Positions 42,836-56,805 of a stretch of DNA of 64,000 bases are shown here, one piece after another. The position numbers were made by a program, and so were the translations under genes. The number at the start of each line of letters is the position of its first letter. Within the stretch, counting starts at the first letter, position 1. The stretch is from Octopus vulgaris (lineage: Eukaryota): NCBI GenBank assembly GCA_951406725.2, contig OX597825.1:77314001-77378000 (forward strand), given 5' to 3'. The notes beneath the pieces are model-generated. The model made no database searches. It was not told the origin of the DNA and saw nothing but the letters and a program-made list of their open reading frames with translations.

Positions 42836-43183
42836 AAAACTGCGTTTTATTTTTACCGGAGGTTAATAAATTTAGTACCAACTCAGTACCTAGAATCAAC
42901 AGCAACCTAAATCTCCAGCATACGACAATCTGTCTCCTCAAGTAGTAACCCTCACCCTTTCTAACCCTCTAATCTTCCCTTCCGGTCAAATAAGGGACCA
43001 CTCCCATTTTGTTATCAAATCCCACATTCCTTTTGCGTCTCGTTCGCGTACAGCTCTATTCTCCAATTCAGGGCCCTTGAGGCTAATGTACAAAATCTTT
43101 ATCGCAAACGTTATGCTGTCATTTCTTGCTAATGTGATATCACTATTACCATGTTCATTCACTTTACCATTATTATGAGCGAC

Positions 43184-43572
43184 GTGGAGGCGCAATGGCC
43201 CAGTGGTTAGGGCAGCGGACTCGCGGTCATAGGATCGCGGTTTCGATTCCCAGACCGGGCGTTGTGAGTGTTTATTGAGCGAAAACACCTAAAAGCTCCA
43301 CGAGGCTCCGGCAGGGGATGGTGGTGATCCCTGCTGTACTCTTTCACCACAACTTTCTCTCACTCTTTCCTCCTGTTTCTGTTGTACCTGTATTTCAAAG
43401 GGCCGGCCTTGTCACTCTCTGTGTCACGCTGAATATCCCCGAGAACTACGTTAAGGGTGCACGTGTATGTGGAGTGCTCAGCCACTTACACGTTAATTTC
43501 ACGAGCAAGCTGTTCCGTTGATTCGGATCAACCGGAACCCTCATCGTCGTAACCGACGGAGTGCTTCCATTC
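43184..43572 (+). mobile_element. Young full-length tRNA-derived SINE (family E)
   Basis: Head gtggaggcgcaaTGGCCCAGTGG...GGTTTCGATTCC; CpG-rich; perfect 12-bp TSD ATTATGAGCGAC at 43172-43183 and 43573-43584. Confidence 0.92.
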
Positions 43573-44168
43573 ATTATGAGCGACATCCTAATCGCTTGTC
43601 ACACACAACATGAACACTAACGCCATTACCGTCTCTTAGAATCCTACCACGGTCATCCTCGATACCACAACCACCATCACAAAATACCTCCCAGACGACC
43701 ACTACCAAAATCTCAACAAACCAACATCATTAGCAACTCCGACAAACAATGTGATTAATTATTTTCTGAAATCTGAATATTTGAAATCATATCTTTCGAT
43801 TATCCTCAATCAAGATCTTAAATGCTTGTCTGATATTACTTTCATGTCAACTTTACTTCTTTTCCTATAATGATTTTTTTCCCTCCAATAGTATTTATTA
43901 TATGATTCCATTGGAACAGTCCTCTACCTATTGCACTATAGGTATATAACACTTAATCAGATTTTTATTTGAAATATATTATAACATATATATGCATATA
44001 CACATGTTTATATACATGTTTTATTTATACATATATATATATATATAAATAAATGTGTCTCTCTCTCTATATATATATATAAATATATATAAATATATAA
44101 GTTTATATACATATATGTTTTATTTATACATATATATATATATATATATAATTATGTATGTATATACC

Positions 44169-44252
<84 letters not shown>

Positions 44253-44400
44253 TGTAGTACGAGCAATTATAAGTTAATAACCTCATCATAAATACTCTCC
44301 AAAAATTCAACAAAAAAATTATTATGCCTTATTTATGTATTTTTTTATTGTATTAGCATAGTACGCAAAATAATTATCAACGCGCCACTTAAACTTATAA

Positions 44401-44435
<35 letters not shown>

Positions 44436-45136
44436 CATACACATATATATATTTACTAAATTTTGTTTGTTTAGGGAGGATAAGGGTGAAAGATATTCTG
44501 TTGTTGCTTTTGATGTTGTCTCAATCTGTGAAAATATTGATTGTCTAATATTGCACAACTGCGCACCTAACGCATTGGTTCCAGTGCAGATGCATGGTTT
44601 AATTCTAATGTTGTTTTTCTCTAATGTTTCCTCCTTTTTCCCCCCTTAAAGGAGAAAAAAAATTACCCGACTGTTTGAAATAACGTATAATCTGTTGCAA
44701 CTCTTTTTTGTATCAATGTCGGCATGATTAAACAGTTCTTTTGAGAGAACATACCGTCTGTATTATGTTTGATGTTTGTTGTTGTTATGTACGAATTGTA
44801 TATGCTACCGTTAATGTAACAACATTACACACATACACACACATATATATCTATACATAAATACATATATGTGTGTATGTGTGTGTATGTATTCATATAT
44901 GTGCATGCATGTTGCATTACTTAGGCGTTTTGATTGATCTGCATGATGTATCACTACGAATCGATGACGCTAAATTGAACTGTCAAATTATTAGCCGTTA
45001 ACTTTTCAAGCCGAGAGACAATGCGGCGCGATATAAACGAATATATAATACGACTTAACTACAGACCTATGCATATAAACAGAACATTATTCGTGTGTAC
45101 ACACACGCACACACACATACACGCACACACACACAC

Positions 45137-45201
<65 letters not shown>

Positions 45202-46147
45202 AACATATATATATATACAAACATATATAAAAACATATATATATGAAATATGCACAGTTTACAACCAGAGATTAAAGTACCTTAGATCTCATACTCAAAA
45301 TCAAACGATCGGATAATCCTTGTATCAAACGAACGAGTCTCTACATATTAATTTCAGCTAGTAGTGAAATTTGTACGAGACGTTTAAGAATATGCTCTTA
45401 TGGATGTAAATATCTCTTAGAAGAGAATATTTCTACCACATTAATTTTGTCAAAATTGTTTTGAATTTTTAAAAAAAGAAATTGCTATTTGCAATGTGTA
45501 CAGCAAGACCTGAAGTGACTATTTTCTAAGTTATGCTTAACATGTGTTCTGGCAGATTCTAGCACAAATATATTAGTCACGTTTGTGTCTATTTTGCAGG
45601 AGTAACACCCCTCCATTACGACCACAGTTTGTGATTCGAGTCTTGCATAAACATATTGTCGTCATAAACTGAGTTGTTCTTCTGCGACATACTCAACAGC
45701 GATTAGCATATCTGCTTTCGAAATGCGAATTGTTATTTTTTGAAATTATTACTTATCACCAAAAATACTTCCAACGGAATCGCACAACTGGGCACTTTGA
45801 AAGTAACTTGTTTTACATAGAGTTGCGTATGTTCTTCTTTCTTTAATTGTTTAGCTTTTTAGTGCGAAGCCCCATCAGATTTACTTCATCTTACGCACAC
45901 TTGAAGTTTGTAAATTGAAATAAAATTCTATAAATACTGAGTTTAATAGAATATATTATAGCCTAAATATTGGTGGATTCCCAAAAATGATTTATATGAT
46001 TGAAGCAAATACCGTAACTTTACGTCCTCTATATAACTAAATCGCAACCGAATTCAAATATGAGTGCATATGCATACACACACACACACACACCCGCACA
46101 CATACACACACACACACACACGTACACACATATATATACATACATAT

Positions 46148-46192
<45 letters not shown>

Positions 46193-46692
46193 TGTGTGTG
46201 TGTGCATGTACTTATCCATCTATGTACATATACATGCATACATACATGCATACATATATGTATATGAATATATATATATGCATGTATGTATGTATGTATA
46301 TGTATATATATACACGCAAACACACAGACATACACAGGAAAGGCTGTGTTTATGGATACCCCCTGATGACATGTCGGAAATTCAATTACATCGAATCATG
46401 ACACATCTGTAGACATTCTCACAACACTTAGTAATCCGATGATAAATGGCATGCTGCTTTCATTGTGTTTCTTGTCAAGTCATTGTCGACCATTTGTTAA
46501 AAGTCTTTCTTTTATATATTGTCTACATAATACATAACACTGTTCTTGTTCTTTTTATTCACAGTCGAATGAATGAATGACTGAATGATCTGGTTAGACA
46601 CACGGTGTCTACGAGAATCTGTGTGATTCTATGTGTGGGTGGATGTGAGTGTGCGTATGTGTGTGTGTGTGTGTAAAGATATATATATATAC

Positions 46693-46743
<51 letters not shown>

Positions 46744-46877
46744 TATATGTATATATATATATACGTGTATATACATATATACACACATATATGTATGCAT
46801 ATATAAATATATATGTCTATATTCAGATATAATACAAATACCTATATATATATGTGTATATATATACATATACATAT

Positions 46878-46923
<46 letters not shown>

Positions 46924-48454
46924 GGATACTATATATAATGTATATATATCTATATATACATATATATATATATGTGTGTGTGTACATATATATATGCGTG
47001 TATAATCATGTATAGATCTCTTAGAGTTCTTTCATTTCTTGGTAATATCCAACATCATTCAACTCTTTACATGAAAACATAAAAGTATACCAGTGTTTCC
47101 ATAAGTACTCATAAAATATTCTTTTTATGACATATATCATTCATATCTTTTTCTCTTACTCCGTCACATCTAAGATAAAAGCTTTTCATTTTGTATATAT
47201 TTTAAGTAATATTTTTGTTGTATCGTCCTAGAAATTTTTGACTGTGTAAGATCATTGCTTATAAGCACGCAATCATTCATAAATACAAATAGACACAAAT
47301 AGACACGAACATATATACTCATATATACATAAATGCATAGACATATTACTTTTTTGTTGAAACCTTTGTCTGTTATAGTCTGGGTATAGTCTGTCTGTTA
47401 TAGTCTGGTGCATTTATCGGGTTGATTCTCGTAGATTCTCGTAGATTCTCGTAGATTCACCAGATGACTGATGACGCACCAATGAAATAATCTATGTATT
47501 ACCCTTCACAGCTTTCACGCCTTTATAAAAGCTATAGTAAATTAAATATTATAAAAAAGTTATCCATCATCTGCACATTTAACTCAGCGCGGATATATTT
47601 AATGGAGCAAGTCATATCTATTATATAGATTAAATTTACATCATAAGCTTATAAAGATACATTCTGTCAAACAATAATAATATGGGAGACAACCTTATGT
47701 GTAAATTTGAATATGGATACTCAGAGAAGTTTGAGTTTAATCTCCCCAAATTTACATAAATCTCAGTCGATGTATGGCCGGACAAGAACTGTTAAGGCTA
47801 CACTTCGATGAAGAGATCTCATGAGGGTGAAATATATCAGCAGATATCAGTGTACTCGCCAGACTTCAGCTCGTTTCTCATTTCTTTCTTACATTTGATT
47901 ATAATTAATCTTAAGTAAGAATTTCATTCGCATAGCTTTCTATTATTTTCAAGCTGTATACTTATTTTTTTCCCACTCCCTACATTTTTAACATGAACTC
48001 TTATAAAATTTAAATAAGACAATACTTATCCAATTCCATTCCCGCAAAGATTAGGCCACACACGGTGTGAGGAAATTTTTACGTGCAAAAAATTTCAAAA
48101 ACCCGGATTATACAACGAAAACTAATCTTTAGAATGGTATGTTTTCAGTTCCGCTGAATGAAAACCAACGGGTTATGCATAAATACATGCATTCATACGT
48201 GCATACACACCTATGTATGCAATTACATATATTTAGACTCTAACATACTTTCAAAGCAAAGAGTAAAAAATCAAATTCAAATTATGTGTTATCTCGAATA
48301 ATTCTTATAAATCGCATATCGGAAGTTGACACTGCACACTATTTAACTGTAAAGGGTTCATTTATATCTATCTATCTGTCTGTATGTCTATCTGTTTGTC
48401 TCTCCGTCCGTCTATTTATCTATCAGTCCATATATATATGTATGTATACATACA

Positions 48455-48555
<101 letters not shown>

Positions 48556-48699
48556 ACATATATATATATATATACCCATGCATATATATACATATACGTG
48601 TATATATATGTGCATATACATACATACAGACATACATATATGCATATATATACAAACATACAAATTCGCATTTGTTTGTGGACAAATTGAAAGCAACAA

Positions 48700-48726
48700 T
48701 TTTCTTAACTTGTGGTCTTGGTAAAG
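48700..48726 (+). promoter_or_regulatory. Weak 3' splice site of exon 4b
   Basis: Branch-like CTTAAC at 48705-48710, followed by a purine-interrupted tract ttgtggtcttggtaaAG. Confidence 0.5.
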
Positions 48727-48836
48727 GAATGGTGGGATATATGGCTGAAATGGAACCCAAGCGAGTACGCAGGTCTGAAAACCATCGAAGTTCCGGCTGC
48801 AGATATATGGACGCCAGATTTGGTCTTGTTCAACAA
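48727..48836 (+). CDS. nAChR: Second, paralogous internal exon ('exon 4b') of a nicotinic acetylcholine receptor subunit; loop A Tyr replaced by Phe
   Basis: cttggtaaag|GAA...AAC AA|gtaagt, 110 bp, same phases as exon 4a. Translates [36 protein letters not shown](N); no stops or indels. Confidence 0.92.
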
Positions 48837-48875
48837 GTAAGTTGGACGTGTGTTGCCTCTTTTTGCTGGTTATGG

Positions 48876-48916
<41 letters not shown>

Positions 48917-49138
48917 TTCTTCTTAATCTCTTTCTCTTTTATATCTTTGTTTAAACTCTTTCTCTTTTTTTTAATATCACTTAATACGGTACTAATTTTA
49001 ATCTATCATCTAATGAGATAAAATGGCATCTAAACCTTTATCTCTCCCTTTGTACTTCCTCTTTCTGTATTTCTGTATATATTTTTGCACATTTTCTGGG
49101 GTTTTGGGGAGGGGTGGGGGTCTTCTTTCACATTGGCC

Positions 49139-49173
<35 letters not shown>

Positions 49174-49176
49174 ATA

Positions 49177-49276
<100 letters not shown>

Positions 49277-49850
49277 TATACATATATATATTCATATTTT
49301 ATATATAAGATTATATATGCATGTATTTATATATGTACATATGTATATACATTTACATATACTATTTATATGTACATATATATACACGTATGTATGTGCA
49401 TATATGTGAATATATATATAAATATATATACATAAATATGTATATATATATATATATGTCCCTTTGTTTGTGGGTGGGTGTGTATGTGCAAGTGTGTGGG
49501 ACTGTTATGTCCAGGTGGTCATTAACATCGAGGCCTATTTTTCGAGTTACTTCTACCAGAGCATTGCGCGGACCATTATTGTTCGGACCAATGCTTTGTG
49601 AACGAATGCCGGCAGCTGGATTACCAGCGTTCATTATTATTTCTGAAGCAAGTAGAACTAATTGTCCCTTCGGATTAAATATTTTTGCATATTTCTTGGA
49701 TGCCTGTAGCTGATGTTATATCGCAGAAGTACATTCGGGTCAAGATTCCGTATTCTAAAGAATTATAATTTTGTCACATTCTCTTGACAGAATTGTTGGT
49801 CTCACGACAAATTTCACTGGTAATGGCCCTAACCAAATTCCTACGGCAGT

Positions 49851-49881
<31 letters not shown>

Positions 49882-49909
49882 CTTCTTCCTCCTCCTTCAT
49901 AATTATCAA

Positions 49910-50290
49910 GTCTTCTTCTTCTTCTTCTTCTTCTTCTTCTTCTTCTTCTTCTTCTTCTTCTTCTTCTTCTTCTTCTTCTTCTTCTTCTCTTTGTCACCCT
50001 CATCGTCGCTCTTGTCCTCCCCCCTTCTTCACCCTCGTTCTTATTCCTTGTCATCAACATCCTCCCCCTCATCATTACCCCCTTCTTCTTCCTCCTTTGA
50101 TCGTCCTTCCCTTCTACTTCTCCTCCCCCTTTTTCTCTTCTACTTTCTATTCCTCTCAATTTTATACCCCTCCTTCTTCTCCTTACCTCCTCCGTCTCGT
50201 CCTCCTTTTTCACTTCTCTTTCAGTTTCATCACCATCACAAAGAACAATTTTATCCTCATACTCATCATTATTTCTTCTTTCCTTCTTCA
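49910..50290. repeat. (CTT)n array and pyrimidine-rich low-complexity tract
   Basis: Pure CTT run at 49912-49988, then degenerate CT-rich sequence. Confidence 0.9.
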
Positions 50291-50663
50291 TTTGCGCTCT
50301 CTTTACTTTCAGTATTTTCCTAACCTAAAGACTATTCTCTTCCTGACCGCTCCTTTTTCCTTTCACCTAAACTAAGATTATCACGAAATATTTTCAGTGA
50401 CATTTAGGTATATATGTCTGAGTGTGCGTACGTGTGCATGTGCTTATATATACAAGCATATATATTTAATATATATGCCTTGGATTGGTGAAGTGCTACT
50501 ATAGTAATTCAACTAAGGGCAACCAATCAATATTTGTTTAATTAAAAGTAATTAAAAGGTGTAACCTTTACTCTGCTATTGGACTCCTTTGCTAGTCAAG
50601 AACCTGCATGAAGTGTTGCTGAGGGGATCATCTGGATTTTACTTACGCCCTCAATTCTTGTGC

Positions 50664-50707
<44 letters not shown>

Positions 50708-50710
<3 letters not shown>

Positions 50711-51035
50711 CAACTGACTTGATCTGAGATCGTGTGCTGAAACAAAAACAATTGCAGCATGGAATGTGTTTATAAGCTATTTAAAAACACACAACAACCA
50801 TTAGTTCCACTTCAACATTTAAATTTAATTTTTCAATCAAAATGTTTTCGTCGCTTTGAAACCGTGACCTGATCTCTGACAAAATTCTGTGCTGCACGAA
50901 ATTTTGTCAGTGAATAGGTCGCCGTCTCAAAGCGATGAAAATATTTTGGCAAATTAAATTTAAATGTTGAAGTGAATCTGACGGTTTTTGTGTCTTTTTA
51001 AATGGCTTATGAACACCTTCCACACTGCAATTGTT

Positions 51036-51036
<1 letters not shown>
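50708..51036. mobile_element. Palindromic (foldback) element, probably Penelope-derived, with one hammerhead-like motif per arm
   Basis: Arms 50746-50892 and 50894-51036 are reverse complements about a centre gtgc-t-gcac; inserted in (TA)n. Confidence 0.8.
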
Positions 51037-51074
<38 letters not shown>

Positions 51075-52653
51075 ACATCTCTATTTGATAACTGCTCCAA
51101 CGTTTATTCTGTTTGTTCTTCGATTCCTTCGTCTAAAGATTAAACGAAGTCAAGCCGCACTCGAATATCTACCTTTCTCTGCTTTCCATTCTAGGAGAGT
51201 TCCTGAAATCTCATTCTGTTTTCTTTCTACATTTTATTAATATTATTATTATATTTAATTTTTTACAATTTTTTTTTTTGCCTACACTTGCATCATTAAA
51301 AGTTTGCTTCCCGAAAAACTTAAATATTTATTTGTATTTTCTATGAATAATTTCTATTGAACGTGTTTTACAGTAATTCTTCAATTTATTTTTCTAATTT
51401 TTGGTTATGCATTTATGATTGAATTATTTTTTTGTTTGCTTTTTCTCTTATGGGGTTTTATTTTCTTAATTAAAAATAATTTTTTAAAATTCCCTGATAA
51501 ACTTTTTTTTTATTTTTCTCTTGAAACCCAGATTGTTTTCTCTGTAAAATATCTCGCTTCGCATGTTTATCACTTTTCTGATATTTTTTCTATTTTCTTA
51601 ATATTCTGTATATTTTCCACTTTTTGATTCTTTATTCATACTGCTTTTCACTGTATCGTCTTTAATTTATGCCTTCATCTTCTTGTACATGTTTTCCTCT
51701 TCTTCTTTTTCTTCTTCTTCTTCTTCTTCTTCTTCTTCTTCTTCTTCTTCTTCTTCTTCTTCTTCTGCCTCCTCCTCCTCCTCCTGCTTAACTCCCTCAT
51801 TCACTTCTGAGACCCTTTCAGTCCTTTTACCTTCTTATTTTTTTTTTCACTTATCTTTCTTTTTCTTTTTATTTGCCCCTTTTCTTCTTTCCTTCTTTCT
51901 TTCTTTTTTCTTTCTTTCTTCCGTCTGGGCTGGGAATCGAAACCGCACTCCTGGGCCATTGAGCCTCCACAGTACCCCAATTATGTATGTTTGTATGTGC
52001 GTATGTGTGTATGTCTGTATGCATGTATGTATGTCTGTATGTCTGTCTGTATGTATGTATGTATGTATGTCTGTATGTCTGTCTCTCTGTCTGTCTGTAT
52101 GTATGTATGTATGTATGTATGTATGTATGTATGTATGTATGTATGTATGTATGTATGTATGTATGTATGTATGTATGTATGTATGGAGGTGTGTGTGTGT
52201 GTATGTGTGTACGTATGTATGTATTGGTAAAAATACCATGAGTTTTCTTCCCTTTTCTTTTACCGTCTGCTATTTTTCTTCTTTCATTTTCAATGCATAC
52301 TTCCTATGACAGGCAATAACTTTATATTTTGTAGCTTAACTATCCTAGTTTTACCTCCGCCGAGAATTGAGTCATAAATCCATCTAAAATTTTCAACCTT
52401 TCCTCAAATCTCTATCTGAATGGGGGTTTTTTTCCGAAATGAAAAACTTGACTAGTATACCTTTTGGTAACTTCCGGTCTATCATGGTTTTATCTCAAAT
52501 ACATAAAAATATTTAAAATCGAAAACAGAAATCCCTCTCTCAGTTTCACTAATCGAAAGTTCTTCACATACAAAACGCGTAAACATATTTCAGTATTCAT
52601 ATTCAAAATTGAACATTCTAAGTGATTAGATGTACACAGATATATGAATATGT

Positions 52654-52720
<67 letters not shown>

Positions 52721-52904
52721 AACAATGCTTTTCAGTATTACCCTAGAATAAGTGACCGCAGTAACATAAAAATGTATTGAACAGTGTCACAAAAATCAAA
52801 CTAAATCCCTTGAAAGTCGAATTGGTCATTGATAAGATATCGAACTGAATATACGATAGTTTATAACTAAGAAGATCAACCTGCCTTGTGCCTATAGTAG
52901 AGAG

Positions 52905-53135
<231 letters not shown>

Positions 53136-53700
53136 TATAACATCTATGTGTGTTTATGCATAACACGCATGCGCGTGTTTGTGTACCGATCCTTCAAACC
53201 TAAATACATAGCACCAAAAACGAAAACCATCGCTTCATCACTGATTTCAAAAAGCAGAGCCATATTGAATATGATTTAAAGAAAGCGAAAATATTTAATA
53301 AGCTCTGATGCCGCATAAGTTTAAACACTTTGATTACACATTAAAATCACTTCATCGATTTGATATATTGATTCTTGATCACATATCAGACATATTCTGA
53401 TTCTGTTTATGCCTTGTTTATGTCTGCGATGAATTTCGTAATTAGCTCTGCCAAATGAAAAAACGTAAATACGATTCGTATTTGTTTGAAATTCGGAAAC
53501 AATGTTAAAATATTGGCACGGTTAAAACATTTGGATGTAGAGAAAGAAGAAATCATTCGGTTATTGTCAATGGAATCAAGTAAAAATATAATTATTTACC
53601 TTGCGTTCATGCTATAAAAGTAACTTTACGTTCCGATGCCAAAATTTCATAGACATTATTCAATCAGACATCAAAAACGTTTCGATGACATATACATAAA

Positions 53701-53851
<151 letters not shown>

Positions 53852-53863
53852 ATTTATATATAT

Positions 53864-53901
<38 letters not shown>

Positions 53902-54462
53902 TGAATGCTATTCATAATCTTGACATAAAACGTTAGTTATTTCTCTGCCCCGAATTATTGAAATTGAATTAATGAAAAGGGGAAACATTAATTATCATTT
54001 TCTGTAAAATTATCTCTAAATCAACCCATGTATGCTGACGCAACATGTAAAAATATGTCTGCCAAAGAGTAGTTCGCAAGCGCTACAGATGCAGTTGAGT
54101 AATGTCTTAATCAGTATAGAATATGAACGCATTACAGATTAGATTGAGAAAATTATAGCCAATACCTCTAACCAGTTGTCAAGAATTAACAACAACCAAA
54201 ATTCTAGATCATGTTTCCTAATAAGTTAGATTAATGGCATTTTTCTAATTCTCTTAGCTTTCTAAAACAAATCCAGTCTTCTGACATATGCAAATGCATA
54301 CATCAATGTATATATGGAAAGATACGTATATAATTTGCTAGTTATACCCATACATAACTATCTATCTATCTCCCTTTCCTGCTCTCGCTATATATATATA
54401 TATATATATTTATATATACATATACATACGTATATGTACATACATCTATATCTATCTATCTA

Positions 54463-54511
<49 letters not shown>

Positions 54512-54549
54512 ATATATGCATACATATACATATACATATATATATAGAG

Positions 54550-54673
<124 letters not shown>

Positions 54674-55454
54674 GTATTGAAGAAGGAATGTTGTATACAT
54701 TAATTCTTCCTCTATTGGCTTCAATCCATTTTAAGCGTGTGCTGTTACCATAAATCCTCAACATATTTATATTATTCAAAATCATCTACAATATGTGTTG
54801 GAGCATGGTTAATCCTACCAAAATGGAGGTTAAAATACCGGATTGACAGATTTCGTGATTAAGTTTAATAGGAAATTTAACATCTCTTCCCAACATTAAA
54901 AATATAAAATAATATTGCTTTAGATTGTGCTGTTCAATAGTAAATCCTCAATTTGATGTGTTCTTTGGATGTAATGCCATACAAGAGGGAGCACTTCAAA
55001 AGAAATAAAAATTCAAAAGATGGCAGCTGCGAAAATTCCCAGTTTGTCATAGTTTAGGCATTGCATTGCTCTACAAATCTTAACCGAGTTTTATACTTTT
55101 TTCGATGCATGCATACCTAAGTATGTATACATACATAAATACATACATACATATATGTTTGTATATATATATGTACTTATTGCAAAATACATACCTACAT
55201 ATATACACACACACATATATACATATAAGTGTATGTGCGTGTGTGTATGCGTGCCTATGCTGATTGTGGAGCTACTTCCTATTTTAAATATATTTTTAGA
55301 ATATATACATGTATTTTGTTATGAGAATCTTCAAACATATATATGAAACTGTTACCATTGCAGTGAGGAGAATGAGAGAGTCAATAATAGTAATAGGGAC
55401 GATGGGAATGTTGACGCTATGTTGATGATGCTGGTGATGACGATGATGTTATGG

Positions 55455-55501
55455 ATAATAATAATAGTAATAATAATAATGATAATAATAATAATAATTA
55501 T

Positions 55502-55539
<38 letters not shown>

Positions 55540-55552
55540 CAACAACAACAAC

Positions 55553-55620
<68 letters not shown>

Positions 55621-55635
55621 TAATAATAATAGCAA
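55455..55635. repeat. (TAA)n/(CAA)n microsatellite
   Basis: Visible array. Confidence 0.95.
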
Positions 55636-55819
55636 TAAAATTATTGATAACAGAAATTGCTGAATGATTTTGCTCAATGAATAAATCGGATTATCAACTA
55701 ACTATAAGCATTAGGTTAATCCTTTGTATAGACAAATCTTTAAAATAAAATGAAAATAAAGATAAAAAATATGCAAACGTAATTGAAATACTAACACAGC
55801 ACGTATATATATATATATG

Positions 55820-55850
<31 letters not shown>

Positions 55851-56489
55851 AAAGTCATTTCAATAATGGATTTAGAGCAACGGTGTAATTTACTTTTTGA
55901 AGTAATAACAAGAAATAACAATAAATAACAATAACTAAACAAATATATTTCGTTAACTAAACTGTTTGCAAATATCTCCTCCCATTAAGTAGAACGGTTA
56001 TTACCTTGCAATCTTCGTAAACTTCCAGTGGGAAAATATTCTAAACAGCGATTCAGAGCGCTACTGCAATCGAACGGAAAGCAATGATGGTGACTCTAAA
56101 TGCTTGTTTAGCAAGCTAGAAACAATGACCGAATTGCATACATTTTATTGATCCTGGAGCAGATAGAACGGAAATTATACCAGTGTATGTCTCGAGTTCA
56201 GAACTTTAATTTCGAAGCAAACACCACAAGGTAGTTTTCATTATCTTTAACAATTTTGCTGGTTCGTGTGATGGAGATTTGTTGCAGAAAGCAATACGTA
56301 CGAATAGAAATGGTTGACGCTTTTTAGTCTTAACGATTGACGTCGAATGAAATATTTGCAATCTAAATTCAAAGGAGAGACATCTGTTTATCATGTTATA
56401 GTATAAACTGATTTATTGGAAATGCAATTTAAAATGTTTCTACAAAAAACAATAAAATACTTTAACTATCAGGAAGTATTATGCTTGAA

Positions 56490-56805
56490 AATGATCGCTC
56501 GACTCTAGAGACACCAGCTATATAGACGTCAACCTCTAAGATGCCACCTTTTAAAAGGGAAAGAGACCTTCAATAACACTGGCATAAGATATATGGTTTT
56601 AAAATGAATGGTCACTGTGTGATTGCTTGACCTGCTAGAAATAAGAGCGCATTTACCGCAAACTACATTGTACAATCTTTCAAAACGGGCGGACACATTA
56701 TTTGATAATTTTACAGGAGATATGGTCTCATATTAAGAATTCTGTGAGTGGTCGCTTGCCCTGTTGAAATTTGGAATTAACAGCTAAATTTCTTTGAAAT
56801 TACAG
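56490..56805 (+). repeat. Three degenerate tandem units (~125 bp) of an interspersed repeat
   Basis: Motif tga/gtcgct(c/t)gac..ctaga recurs at about 56492, 56619 and 56749; related copies lie near 23680 and 27145. Confidence 0.45.

Noticed and set aside
43184-43260. tRNA genes here and at 40907, 26888 and 38556
   Set aside because: A and B boxes are present, but there is no complete cloverleaf; most run into SINE bodies, and this one has a TSD.
47360-47490. Short tandem GATTCTCGTA repeats and CTGATGA...GAAA
   Set aside because: No stem II pairing; the repeats look like slippage and have no spacers, so this is not CRISPR-like.
49755-50291. 178-aa charged ORF
   Set aside because: Product of GA-rich low-complexity sequence and a (GAA)n run.
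50478-50530. Hammerhead-like arrangement ttgg..TGGTGA..CAAC..ccaa
   Set aside because: Too many core mismatches to support.
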